Below are positions 9,030 through 18,796 of a stretch of 64,000 nucleotides of DNA, piece after piece. Made by a program: the position numbers and the translations under genes. The DNA is taken from positions 1 to 64,000 of the forward strand of contig JALHMH010000001.1 of the NCBI GenBank assembly GCA_022844165.1, in the 5' to 3' direction. The notes beneath the pieces are model-generated. The model had not been told where the DNA came from and did not search any database. It worked only from the letters and a program-made list of their open reading frames with translations. This DNA comes from Lysobacterales bacterium (GTDB taxonomy: Bacteria; Pseudomonadota; Gammaproteobacteria; Xanthomonadales; SZUA-5). Numbering within the stretch: the first letter of the stretch is position 1; every line of letters begins with the position of its first letter.

Positions 9030-9725
9030 ATGTTGTATCGCTACAAGGTTATTGCGCTCGTTATTGTGGCTGCTTTGGCAACGCCAGGCACTGCATGCGC
9101 ACAAGACGTCAAGTTCGCGTATATCGAGGGGGGCATCATCGGGGGCTTCGTCAACGACATTGAGACGTCGGGAGCAGTCGCGGGCGCGGGCTCGTCAAGC
9201 CTCGAAAGCGATGCCGATGGCGGCGGGTTCATCGGTGGCGCCTGGCAGTTCGAAAACAACGTGCACGTATTTGGCGAGTATGCGTCGCTCGGCCAGGAGC
9301 TTGAGGTTCGCAGCGGCACCAACACCGTGACGGGCGAGTATGACGTGGTGCGCTGGCGCATTGGGTTGGGCTATCTGTACCCTTCCTCGGAACGAGTGGC
9401 GTACTACGGCAGGCTCAGTCTCGACCAGCTCGAGTTCAAGGACGCGCAGGCAGCCGGTTTCAACCTTGATGTCGACGCCGACGATAGCGGTGTGGGCGCT
9501 GAGGTCGGCATCATCTGGGCGGCGACACCGACGTTTCACCTTCAGGGGCACGCGCGCTATACGGCGGTCGGCGAGGTTGCTTCAAGCGGTTCCGACCCGT
9601 TCGACGCTGACGTCCTGATCGGGGTGAATGGGCGCTGGCATTTCCGGCCCAACATGGCGGTTTTTGGTGGCTACGAACTCGGCAAGATCACCACGGTGAA
9701 CGTTGGTCTGCGATTCGTGTTCTGA
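9030..9725 (+). CDS. Outer-membrane beta-barrel protein
   Basis: Signal peptide, alternating amphipathic strands, terminal VGLRFVF; RBS GAGGAG. Confidence 0.85.
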   Translation: MLYRYKVIALVIVAALATPGTACAQDVKFAYIEGGIIGGFVNDIETSGAVAGAGSSSLESDADGGGFIGGAWQFENNVHVFGEYASLGQELEVRSGTNTVTGEYDVVRWRIGLGYLYPSSERVAYYGRLSLDQLEFKDAQAAGFNLDVDADDSGVGAEVGIIWAATPTFHLQGHARYTAVGEVASSGSDPFDADVLIGVNGRWHFRPNMAVFGGYELGKITTVNVGLRFVF

Positions 9726-9953
9726 GCTTTCCTGGCGATGCGCTCACCCGGACAGCCGGCGGTCGGAGGATTGATGTCAATTCTCCGCACGCGTCCGCGT
9801 CAGCAGTGCTGACTTAGAAAGTGGGAGTTATGAACAGTAGTCAGCTACGGGTGATTGTTGCAAGAGTCTTGCACAGTGGGGGTAGGTTCTTGCCAGCGGA
9901 CTGCTGAGCACTCTGAGCAGACAGTTGCAGCGCGCTGTGGCGCGACGCGGCGG

Positions 9954-10697
9954 TCAACGCGACGGTAAAACGGTGCGCTTCGCCGGCCGGCCGATCAGAT
10001 CGAGAAACGCATTGAAGGCGCGTAGTGAGCGCTCGACAAGTGCTAGCGCCGATTCCGACGTTGCGGCAGCGATGCTGGTGGCACTCTGCGGACCGCCGAG
10101 CGCGCATAGCTCCTGGGCGTAGTCGGCACGGTTCAGCCAGCGCTGGATCAGTGCGCCATCGACTTCGGGATGAAATTGCACGCCATACGCGTTGTCGCCG
10201 TAGCGAAACGCCTGCTGTTCGCAGCTCGCAGTGCGCGCCAATTGCACGGCGCCATGCGGCAGGCCGAAGGTGAATCCGTGCCACTGAAATACGCGGCTCT
10301 TCGGTGCGAACGCGTGCATCACCGGATCATGATGACCGTCGTCGGTGGCGTGCAGATCGTACCAGCCGATTTCCGATTCATCGGCGCGGCGGACCTGCGC
10401 GCCGAGCACGTGCGCGAGCAGTTGTGCGCCCAAACAAATGCCGAGCACCGGTTTGCCCTGATGCAAGGCGCGTTCGATCGCGCGCATTTCGGTGACCAGA
10501 TGCGAACGCTGCGGATGATCCTCGACATTCATCGGCCCGCCGAGCACGATCAAGCCGCGATAACGATCGACGTTCGGCTGCGCATCCGGTTCGCGCTCGA
10601 AGTTCACGAAGCGCACCCGGTGGCCGCGTGCGCGGATCAGCGGATCGAGCGTGCCTAAGGGTTCGGCGGCGACGTGTTGGAAGACGAGCAAACGCAT
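9954..10697 (-). CDS. Class I glutamine amidotransferase-like protein
   Basis: LIVLGGPM, GICLGAQL, FQWH, QFHPE motifs; start MRLLVFQH. Confidence 0.9.
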   Translation of the reverse strand: MRLLVFQHVAAEPLGTLDPLIRARGHRVRFVNFEREPDAQPNVDRYRGLIVLGGPMNVEDHPQRSHLVTEMRAIERALHQGKPVLGICLGAQLLAHVLGAQVRRADESEIGWYDLHATDDGHHDPVMHAFAPKSRVFQWHGFTFGLPHGAVQLARTASCEQQAFRYGDNAYGVQFHPEVDGALIQRWLNRADYAQELCALGGPQSATSIAAATSESALALVERSLRAFNAFLDLIGRPAKRTVLPSR

Positions 10698-10832
10698 CGT
10701 GGATGTCGGTTTCGAGCTGCAGGAATAGGTGAGTTTCGCGTGCGTATCGGCGTTCGTTCGCGGCAAGGGCTGGGTTTCGCGACCCAAGGAGAGCGCCCCT
10801 GCGGCGCTCGAATCGCTGTTCCAGTCATCCGC

Positions 10833-10854
10833 GGGCCGCGCCGGAGCGCGGCCC
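10833..10854 (-). terminator. GC-rich hairpin downstream of proS
   Basis: GGGCCGCGC-CGGA-GCGCGGCCC; no U tract. Confidence 0.4.
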
Positions 10855-10869
10855 TGAAGGTCGGAACTC

Positions 10870-12582
10870 TCAGCCGCGAATCTTCCCAACTAAGCGCTCT
10901 ACTAGACCTTCGCGGACCCAACTCTCATTTTCAGCGGCGCGGCGGTCGCGGTACTCGAATTGTCCCGCCGCCAAACCGCGATCGCTGACGACGATCCGGT
11001 GAGGAATGCCGATGAGCTCCTGGTCGGCGAACATCGCGCCAGGACGCACGCCTTTGCGGTCGTCCATCAGAACATCCAAGCCGGCTGCGGTCAGTTGCCC
11101 ATAGAGTTCCTCTGCCGCTGTGCGCACGGCCTCGCTGCGGTCTGCACCGAGCGGCAACACGGCAACGTGGAACGGCGCGATCGCATTCGGCCACTGGATG
11201 CCATGTGCGTCATGATTCTGCTCGATGGCCGCCGCCACGATGCGACTGACGCCGATGCCATAGCAGCCCATGAACATCGTCCGCGCCTTGCCGTTTTCGT
11301 CGAGCACTTCGGCGCCCATCGCTTTGGCGTATTTCTGCCCGAGTTGAAACACATGGCCCACTTCGATCCCGCGCGCAATCGACCAGGTGCCCATGCCACC
11401 GGGTGCCAGTTCGCCCTCGATGACGTTGCGGATATCGGCCACCTGCGCAGGCTCCGGCAAATCGCGGCCCCAGTTGACACCTTTGGTGTGGAAGCCGGTG
11501 ATATTGGCGCCGACGATGAAATCGCTCATCGCCGCGACGGTGCGATCGGCAATGACAGTGATCGCCTTCTGCGGATTGAGCGGGCCGATGAATCCCGGCA
11601 CTGCGCCCAAGTGTTCGACGATCTCGGCTTCGGTTGCGAGACGGTACTCGGCCAAACCTTCGATCTTAGTCAACTTGATTTCGTTAACCTGATGATCGCC
11701 GCGCACCAGCGCCAGCACGAAACCTTGTTCGCCCATGACCGCAATCGATTTAACGGTCGATGCCAGCGGCACGCCCAACAGCGCGGAGACGTCCTCACAC
11801 GTGCGCTGCGTCGGCGTCGCGAACTGCTCGAGTGCCTGCGCAGCCGCGGCGCGTACACCCGGCGCGATCGCTTCGGCCAGCTCCACATTTGCTGCGTAAT
11901 TGCCTTCAGACGTGAACGCGATAGCGTCCTCGCCAGAATCAGCCAGCACGTGAAACTCGTGCGAACCGGAGCCGCCGATCGCACCCGTGTCGGCAGCGAC
12001 CGCGCGGAATCGCAGGCCTAAGCGAGTGAAGATGCGCGTGTACGCGTCGTACATGTTCTGATACTCGCTCTGCATGCAGTCGCTATCGAGATGGAACGAA
12101 TACGCGTCCTTCATCAAGAACTCGCGTGCGCGCATGACCCCAAAGCGCGGGCGAATTTCGTCGCGGAACTTGGTCTGGATCTGATAGAAATTAATCGGCA
12201 ACTGTTTGTACGACCGCAGCTCGCCGCGCGCAAAGTCGGTGATCACTTCTTCGTGCGTCGGGCCGTAACAGAACTCACCTTCTTTGCGATCTTTGATCTT
12301 CAGCAGCTGTCCGCCGAACTTCGCCCAGCGATCGGTCTCCTCCCACAGCTCGCGCGGCTGGATCGACGGCATCAGCAGCTCCAAAGCGCCGGCGCGGTTC
12401 ATCTCCTCACGCACGATGGTCTCGACTTTGCGCAACACGCGCAAACCGAGCGGCGTCCAGGTGTAAATGCCGGCGGCGAGCCTGCGGATCATTCCGGCGC
12501 GCAGCATCAATTTCTGGCTGATGACATCGGCGTCGCTGGGCGTTTCTTTGACCGTCGTCAGGTGGAACTGGGAAAGGCGCAT
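10870..12582 (-). CDS. proS: Proline--tRNA ligase
   Basis: [53 protein letters not shown], editing domain. Confidence 0.99.
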   Translation of the reverse strand: MRLSQFHLTTVKETPSDADVISQKLMLRAGMIRRLAAGIYTWTPLGLRVLRKVETIVREEMNRAGALELLMPSIQPRELWEETDRWAKFGGQLLKIKDRKEGEFCYGPTHEEVITDFARGELRSYKQLPINFYQIQTKFRDEIRPRFGVMRAREFLMKDAYSFHLDSDCMQSEYQNMYDAYTRIFTRLGLRFRAVAADTGAIGGSGSHEFHVLADSGEDAIAFTSEGNYAANVELAEAIAPGVRAAAAQALEQFATPTQRTCEDVSALLGVPLASTVKSIAVMGEQGFVLALVRGDHQVNEIKLTKIEGLAEYRLATEAEIVEHLGAVPGFIGPLNPQKAITVIADRTVAAMSDFIVGANITGFHTKGVNWGRDLPEPAQVADIRNVIEGELAPGGMGTWSIARGIEVGHVFQLGQKYAKAMGAEVLDENGKARTMFMGCYGIGVSRIVAAAIEQNHDAHGIQWPNAIAPFHVAVLPLGADRSEAVRTAAEELYGQLTAAGLDVLMDDRKGVRPGAMFADQELIGIPHRIVVSDRGLAAGQFEYRDRRAAENESWVREGLVERLVGKIRG

Positions 12583-12734
12583 GAGGTGCGTCGCTGGCTT
12601 GAGAGGCGCGCGATTCTAGCCGCATCGCACTGGTCGAAATGCTCGGTCGTTTGCGCCGTAGCTCCCCCAATTCCGTACAGCGCCGCGAACCTGCCCGCCA
12701 GAATTCGTGCAATTTCGGGTAAGCCGGTCTTTGC

Positions 12735-12765
12735 GGTAATGCGAATCATTGCTATTACGCATTGC
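12735..12765. promoter_or_regulatory. Fur box
   Basis: GGTAATGCGAATCATTGCT matches 13/19 of GATAATGATAATCATTATC, upstream of a TonB-dependent receptor. Confidence 0.75.
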
Positions 12766-12809
12766 ATCCTGATAGCCTTCCTCGCATCGAAGCCGCCTCA
12801 CCTGACCCT

Positions 12810-14918
12810 ATGTTCAAACAATCGCCACTGATCATTGCCCTTTCTTCAGCGATCTCGCTGCCCAGCGCAGCGGCGCCGCTGCCGGATCCCGCCAGCGCAT
12901 CGCGCCTGGCGCAAATCGAAGTCGTCGGTTCCGAAGAGGCCTTGAAGCGTGCCCCAGGCTCTGGTGCGATCGTGAGTGCCAAAGATCTCGATCGCATCAA
13001 ACCCTTTACGATCAACGAAGTGCTACGCAGTGTGCCGGGCGTTGTCATGCGCGATGAAGAGGGTTTCGGTCTGCGGCCCAACATCGGCATCCGGGGACTC
13101 AATCCAACGCGATCGACCAAGGTTCTGCTGCTGGAAGATGGCCTGCCGGCGGCTTATGCGCCGTACGGCGACAACGCCAGTTATTACCATGCGCCGGTGG
13201 ACCGCTATGAGCGCATTGAGGTGCTCAAAGGTGTCGGTATGTTGCGCTTTGGGCCGCAGACGATCAGCGGCGTGATCAACTACCAGACCCCAGAACCGCC
13301 GCAGGACTTTGCCGGTTTCGTGGCTCTGACGGGTGGCAACCGCGGCTACGGTAACGCGCACCTGCGGCTGGGCGGCGGTGGCGCAATGCTCGACCTGCTC
13401 CATAAACGTGGCGAAGGCGCGCGCGATACGCTGGAATTGGCGCAGAACGACGCCACGTTCAAATACGTCGCAGATCTCGGCGAGACGCAACGAATACAGT
13501 TGCGCGCCAACTTTCTCACCGAAAACTCGCAAGTCGGATACTCCGGTTTGACCGAAGCAGAATTGCGCAACTTCGGTCCACGCTATGGCTTCGATCAAAG
13601 CGCGCAATTCGAGATCGAACGCTATGGGGGATCGCTCAGTCACGAGTGGGATCTGAGCGATCGCATCTACTTGCTCACCAATCTCTACGGTTCGCGCTTC
13701 TATCGCGACTGGTGGCGGCAATCGAGTTCAACCACCGACACACAATGCGGCACGGCATTTCGCGACGCGCGCCAGCGCGGCGAGCGTGTCGACTTTGGTG
13801 CCTGCAACTCGACACAGGGGCGATTGCGTGGTTACGAGATGCAGGGCATCGAGCCCAGAGTGACGGCGAACTGGGGCGATGGTTCGATCTTCGAGGCGGG
13901 CGTGCGCTGGCACGAGGAAGTCCAGAACCGCCGCCAGATCAACGGCACTTCACCCACAGCTCGAGCCGGTACCCTGGCCGAGAACAATCTCCGCGATGCG
14001 AGCGCGTTTGCTGCATTCGTCAGCAATCGATTTCGCTTTGGCGCTCTGGAACTGGCGCCGATCGTTCGTTTTGAGGACATCGAATACGAGCGCAATAACC
14101 TCCTTAATGGTCGTCGAGGCAAAGAGTCGATCAGCGAGGTCATTCCCGGCCTCGGTCTCAACTACAGCTTCAGCGATGAGTTGGCGTTATTCGCCGGCGC
14201 GCACCGGGGATTTGCGCCGCCGCGCGTGGAAGATGTGATCGACAACAACGGTGTCGGTGTCGATGTCGGCGCGGAAGAGTCGTTGAACATCGAGTTCGGT
14301 GTACGCGGAGAAGTGCGCGACCTGCAGTTTGAGGCCACAGCATTCCGCAACCGTTTTGATCCTCAAGTTCTGGTTGGCTCCATTGCAGGTGGCGGCGTGC
14401 CGCTGGCAACCGGAGAGACGCTGTATCAGGGTTTGGAAGCACTGGGCCGTTTCCAACGCGGCAACCTGTTCGCCGAAGGCACATCGTTCGTCGATCTCGC
14501 GTTTACCTGGGTGCCGACGGCGCGGCAAGAGGCAGCGCTTCGCGCCGTTTCGAACGGTGCCGTGGTGGCTGGAAGCGAACCCGGCAAGCGACTGCCGTAT
14601 GCCCCAAAGACTGCAGCTACCCTGCGCGTCGGCCACGACTTCGGCGAGTGGGATGCGTCGATGGAGGGCGTGTACGTGGATGAGCAATTTGGCGACTTCG
14701 CCAATCGCACATCCGTAGATCCCAGCGGCCAGTTCGGCGTGCTGCCGTCCTATACGATCGCCAACCTGACGGTGGGATTCGAGCCAGAAGGCAGTCCCTA
14801 CAGCGCATTCGTCGCCGTGAAGAACGTCTTCGATCGCGATTACATCGTTGACCGCACACGCGGCATCCAAACCGGGTCACCGCGGCTGCTGCACGTGGGC
14901 GTTCGTTATCGGTTTTGA
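12810..14918 (+). CDS. TonB-dependent receptor, FecA-like iron transporter
   Basis: Signal peptide, plug NIGIRGLNPTRS, ERIEVLKG, C-terminal KNVFD...GVRYRF. Confidence 0.92.
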   Translation: MFKQSPLIIALSSAISLPSAAAPLPDPASASRLAQIEVVGSEEALKRAPGSGAIVSAKDLDRIKPFTINEVLRSVPGVVMRDEEGFGLRPNIGIRGLNPTRSTKVLLLEDGLPAAYAPYGDNASYYHAPVDRYERIEVLKGVGMLRFGPQTISGVINYQTPEPPQDFAGFVALTGGNRGYGNAHLRLGGGGAMLDLLHKRGEGARDTLELAQNDATFKYVADLGETQRIQLRANFLTENSQVGYSGLTEAELRNFGPRYGFDQSAQFEIERYGGSLSHEWDLSDRIYLLTNLYGSRFYRDWWRQSSSTTDTQCGTAFRDARQRGERVDFGACNSTQGRLRGYEMQGIEPRVTANWGDGSIFEAGVRWHEEVQNRRQINGTSPTARAGTLAENNLRDASAFAAFVSNRFRFGALELAPIVRFEDIEYERNNLLNGRRGKESISEVIPGLGLNYSFSDELALFAGAHRGFAPPRVEDVIDNNGVGVDVGAEESLNIEFGVRGEVRDLQFEATAFRNRFDPQVLVGSIAGGGVPLATGETLYQGLEALGRFQRGNLFAEGTSFVDLAFTWVPTARQEAALRAVSNGAVVAGSEPGKRLPYAPKTAATLRVGHDFGEWDASMEGVYVDEQFGDFANRTSVDPSGQFGVLPSYTIANLTVGFEPEGSPYSAFVAVKNVFDRDYIVDRTRGIQTGSPRLLHVGVRYRF

Positions 14919-14930
14919 GCGGAACTGGTG

Positions 14931-15473
14931 TCAGATCAAGCCGACGAGGGCCAGGCTCGCAAGCGAAATCAGCGAGCCGATCGCCGTGGCCGCAATCACG
15001 TCGCTCGGATAGTGCAGTCCGAGCACCACGCGCGATGCAGCCACACTGAGCGCGAATGGAATCAGAATCGGCGCCAGCCATGGCGCGTAAGCCAGCGCGA
15101 CGATGGTGAAACTCACGGCGTGCAAGGTGTGGCCAGAGGGAAAGCTGAACTCGTCCAGCGGCGCCACGCTGGCGACGATCGACGTCGGATGGCGGTGCAA
15201 GGGTCGCGGCCGACGGCTCCAGTGTTTCAGGCCGCGATACAGCAGCAGCGCGATACCACTGATCGCCAACATATGTGCCGCTGCCTGCCAGCCGTGCGTG
15301 CGATCGAGTAGTGGAAACATTGCCATCAGCGCGTACCAGAACACCCCGTCGCCCAGGCGGCTGACGGCTGAGAAGTAGCGCAGGCAAACACGGCGCTGAG
15401 AGAGCTTGTTCAAGCGCAGGCACCAGCGCAAATCCGTGTCTGCCAGTCGGCCCAGGGCGAGCGTACGGTTCAT
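14931..15473 (-). CDS. PAP2-family phosphatase
   Basis: K..RRPRP, SFPSGH, SRVVLGLHYPSD. Confidence 0.92.
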   Translation of the reverse strand: MNRTLALGRLADTDLRWCLRLNKLSQRRVCLRYFSAVSRLGDGVFWYALMAMFPLLDRTHGWQAAAHMLAISGIALLLYRGLKHWSRRPRPLHRHPTSIVASVAPLDEFSFPSGHTLHAVSFTIVALAYAPWLAPILIPFALSVAASRVVLGLHYPSDVIAATAIGSLISLASLALVGLI

Positions 15474-16666
15474 GCGCCACCTCTCAACTCGGTCAACCTG
15501 TCCGCGAAGCGCTCGCTGACTGCTTGCGGCGTCAGCGCCGCCGCACTCTCGCGTGCGGCAATGGCCATCCTGTTGCGTGCGGCATCGTCGCTGGCAAGGG
15601 CCCGTGCCGCGGCAATGAACGCATCGCCATTGGCAAATTCGACAATCCGGCCATCGATGCCATCGCGAATATGCTGGCCAGCGGCACCATAGGCGAAGGC
15701 GACTGTGGGCACGCCACTGGCCATCGCTTCAAGGGTGACGTTGCCGAACGTCTCGGTGATGCTGGCGAACAAGAACGTATCGGAACTGGCATAGTGGGCC
15801 GCCAGCGTTTCGCCGCGTTGCATACCGCACCACACATGTTGCGGATAGCGCTCGGCCATCGCTGCGCGTGCCGGACCGTCACCGACCCAGATCATCTTGG
15901 CCGGACGCACAGCGGCGATGGCCTCGAACGCACGAACCGTCAAATCCAGGTTCTTCTCCGGCGCGATTCGTCCGACGAAAAGCACCGCCAGTTCGCCGTC
16001 CGCAAGGCCCCAGGCGCGACGAAGTTCCGCATCGCGGCGCTTGGGATGAAACAAGTCGGCATCGACGCCACGTTCGAGGATTCGCACATTGCGAAATCCG
16101 CCGGCGATCAATTCCGACTGCAGCTGCGCCGTCGGCACCAGCGTTGCTTGCGCGCGGTTATGGAAGGCTCGCAAATAGCGAAACGCCGTCGATTTCAGGA
16201 AACCTAACCCGTAGTGGCCAACGAAATCGTCGAAGCGCGTATGGAACCCGCTGGCCACTGGGATACCGAGGCTGCGCGCCGCCAGCAATGCTGCCCATCC
16301 CAGGGGCCCTTCAGTCGAGATGTAGGCCACCTCGGTGCGGAACTGCCTCAGCGCCCGCCGAACGCGAAAGTACACCGGCCAACCGAAGCGAAGCGCGGGA
16401 TACCGCGGCAACGATCCACCTGGGACCAACAGATCTTTGTCGACTTGGAGTTCCGGTGTCGTGACCAATTGCGTCGGCCGGATCAGAAGTACGTCATGCT
16501 GTTGTGCTTTGAGACCACGCGCCAGGGCCGCGACAGTCAACGCGACTCCGTTAATCTCCGGGGGGTAGGTCTCGGTGATGACGGCGACTCGTAAACAGCG
16601 CGAGTTGCTGGCGACCGGTGGCGCCGACCGCAGTGTTGCCATCGTAGGGTGTGCCGTGCGTTTCAT
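15470..16666 (-). CDS. GT4-family glycosyltransferase
   Basis: ETYPPEINGV, VGRIAPEKN, ETFGNVTLEAMASG. Confidence 0.92.
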   Translation of the reverse strand: MKRTAHPTMATLRSAPPVASNSRCLRVAVITETYPPEINGVALTVAALARGLKAQQHDVLLIRPTQLVTTPELQVDKDLLVPGGSLPRYPALRFGWPVYFRVRRALRQFRTEVAYISTEGPLGWAALLAARSLGIPVASGFHTRFDDFVGHYGLGFLKSTAFRYLRAFHNRAQATLVPTAQLQSELIAGGFRNVRILERGVDADLFHPKRRDAELRRAWGLADGELAVLFVGRIAPEKNLDLTVRAFEAIAAVRPAKMIWVGDGPARAAMAERYPQHVWCGMQRGETLAAHYASSDTFLFASITETFGNVTLEAMASGVPTVAFAYGAAGQHIRDGIDGRIVEFANGDAFIAAARALASDDAARNRMAIAARESAAALTPQAVSERFADRLTELRGGA

Positions 16667-16748
16667 AGCGGCACATTGCCGGCAGCAGATGACGCAAAGA
16701 TGCGCGACACCTTGCAGTTTTTTGACAGTCGCACAAGGGCTGGGTCGC

Positions 16749-18218
16749 CTATTCCTTGTGGTAAGCCACGCCCAGTCGATCGAACTCGACCAATAAAGGT
16801 GCCAGTTGCCGCCGATAGGGCAGCCATCGTTGTCGCGATTTCTGGTGCACCGGCTGGCGCACCTGCCAGACGCTTGCGGTTTTCACTGCACTCGGGCGTT
16901 GGTGAAAGTCCAGGCAGCCGGGATCCCAATCGAGTTGCAATTCACCCAGGATCCGGCGCAGTTCGGTGGTGGGATCTGCCACAAAACGCTCATAGTCGAA
17001 GACCACAAGATCGTTCCGGAAGCTCTCCTGGTAGTGCGCAAAAAGCCGCTCCTGCTGCGCGTAAAAATGCGCGATTCCGGTCAGCGAAGAGCTATAGGGG
17101 GCCGCGGCTTGATCGAGGTGCTGTTGGTACGCCGATAGTGCGTTGTCCACAGGATCGCGTCGCGTGTACAGGATTCGCGCGCGCGGAAACACCCGGCGGA
17201 TCAGCGGCAACAGCAAAAAATTGTCGGGGCGCTTGTCGACAAAATAGTGCGGCGCTGGCCCCGCGCAGTGATTCTGCATGAGTGCCCGATAGGCATCGGC
17301 AATCCGGGTAAGGTCGGCGTTCGACCAGTTCGCCATGCATTCCGGAAACGGCTGTGACTGCGCCGCAGCCAGGTTCGGAAAAAACGCCAGCTCGCCGGCA
17401 CTGCTCACGTGCGCATGCGCGCTGAGCACCTGTTCGATCAACGTCGAGCCAGAGCGAAACATGCCGCAAACGAACAGGAGGGTTGGGGAGTCTGATCGGG
17501 CGTTCGAATCGATGTCCGGCGTTGCTCCGATCAGCGCATCGACGATCCGTTCGTGCCTGGCCGGGTTGTAGGGCGGGCCACCACTGGCTGCCAGAGCATT
17601 CGCCTGCTCGAATGCTGCAAAAGCCTCCTCATAACGGCGCAAATGTTCGAGCGCATGCCCGACGGCAAAAGCCAGATTGGCCCGAGTTAAGGCCTGCACC
17701 CGGTGGTCCCGTAGCGCCGCTTGCGCTTGAGCGAGAAAGGAAGCGATCGGTTCAACGTGCAACTTCAGCAGCCGCGCTAGTGCCTCCAGACGCAACGCTC
17801 CGTCGATCGCCAGAGCGCGTCGATAGGCTTGCGCCGCATCATCGCGACGACCCAGATCCTCGCAAAGATTGCCCAGGTTGAGCAGCGCAGGAAGATATCC
17901 TGGACGTAACGCGAGCGCCGTCTGCAGCTCACGTTCGGCGGCGGCGTGGTCATGCAGTGCATCGGTGTAAATCACGGCGCGATTGAGGTGAATTTCCTCG
18001 GGTTCCCTGGCGCCGTGGTCGATCGCTGTCTGGTACGCGCGCAGCGCATGTGTGTAGTCGCCGAGTTGACGCAGCAGCCAGGCAAACTCGTAATGCGCCT
18101 CCGGATCATCGACCGGTTGCGCCATCAGCAGGTCGAAATGCACGCGTGCTTCGCCCAGCTGGCGCGCATCAATGGCCCGGCGGGCGGCAGCCCAGGTCGC
18201 GCGAAGTGTGGGATTCAT
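16749..18218 (-). CDS. TPR-containing sulfotransferase
   Basis: TPR repeats then GMFRSGSTLIEQVL, DKRPDN, TASVWQVRQP. Confidence 0.9.
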   Translation of the reverse strand: MNPTLRATWAAARRAIDARQLGEARVHFDLLMAQPVDDPEAHYEFAWLLRQLGDYTHALRAYQTAIDHGAREPEEIHLNRAVIYTDALHDHAAAERELQTALALRPGYLPALLNLGNLCEDLGRRDDAAQAYRRALAIDGALRLEALARLLKLHVEPIASFLAQAQAALRDHRVQALTRANLAFAVGHALEHLRRYEEAFAAFEQANALAASGGPPYNPARHERIVDALIGATPDIDSNARSDSPTLLFVCGMFRSGSTLIEQVLSAHAHVSSAGELAFFPNLAAAQSQPFPECMANWSNADLTRIADAYRALMQNHCAGPAPHYFVDKRPDNFLLLPLIRRVFPRARILYTRRDPVDNALSAYQQHLDQAAAPYSSSLTGIAHFYAQQERLFAHYQESFRNDLVVFDYERFVADPTTELRRILGELQLDWDPGCLDFHQRPSAVKTASVWQVRQPVHQKSRQRWLPYRRQLAPLLVEFDRLGVAYHKE

Positions 18219-18295
18219 GGTCGATTGGGCACTGTTCGAGCGATCGTCGCGCTGTTACGATTCAATCTGAACAATAGACGCTTTCGGAAAGTGCC

Positions 18296-18778
18296 ATGAA
18301 AAATCTCTTATTGGCCCTGCTGCTGGGTTTTTCGGGCGCTGCCGCTGCAATCACCGAGACGACGCGTGATCTGGACTTGAATGGGATCATCGCAGAGACC
18401 CGTTTGGCGGTCGACTTGGCCAATGCCGGGCAGTATGGTTCGTTGTCGCGTCGCCAGCTGCAAATTGTCGACTCAGCCTTAAGCACCATCGAGGAACTGG
18501 CAGCGGGCAAACTGGACTTGACTGAGCTCTCGGCCAATGAACGCGGCGCTTTCGATGATGCCCGTGAACGCATCGATCTGATTCTTCGGGTGCGCAACAA
18601 GAATCGGGTCATTTGCCAGCGCGATGTCAAGACCGGGACGCGTTTGGCGAAAGTGGAATGTCTGACCGTCGGTCAGCGTGAGGAGCGAGCGCGCAATGCG
18701 CGCAAACAAACCGGGCATTTGCAGCGCTCGTTCTGTGTCCCTGGGGCTGAAGGGGCTTCGCGCTGTACGCTGGAGTAA
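18296..18778 (+). CDS. Hypothetical secreted protein
   Basis: Signal peptide; C-terminal ICQRDVKTGTRLAKVEC motif. Confidence 0.75.
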   Translation: MKNLLLALLLGFSGAAAAITETTRDLDLNGIIAETRLAVDLANAGQYGSLSRRQLQIVDSALSTIEELAAGKLDLTELSANERGAFDDARERIDLILRVRNKNRVICQRDVKTGTRLAKVECLTVGQREERARNARKQTGHLQRSFCVPGAEGASRCTLE

Positions 18779-18796
18779 GCGTTCTCCGAGGTTCGG

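Noticed and set aside
9765-9786. TTGATGTCAA as an FNR box
   Set aside because: Spacing does not fit TTGAT-N4-ATCAA; better explained as a hairpin downstream of the OMP gene.
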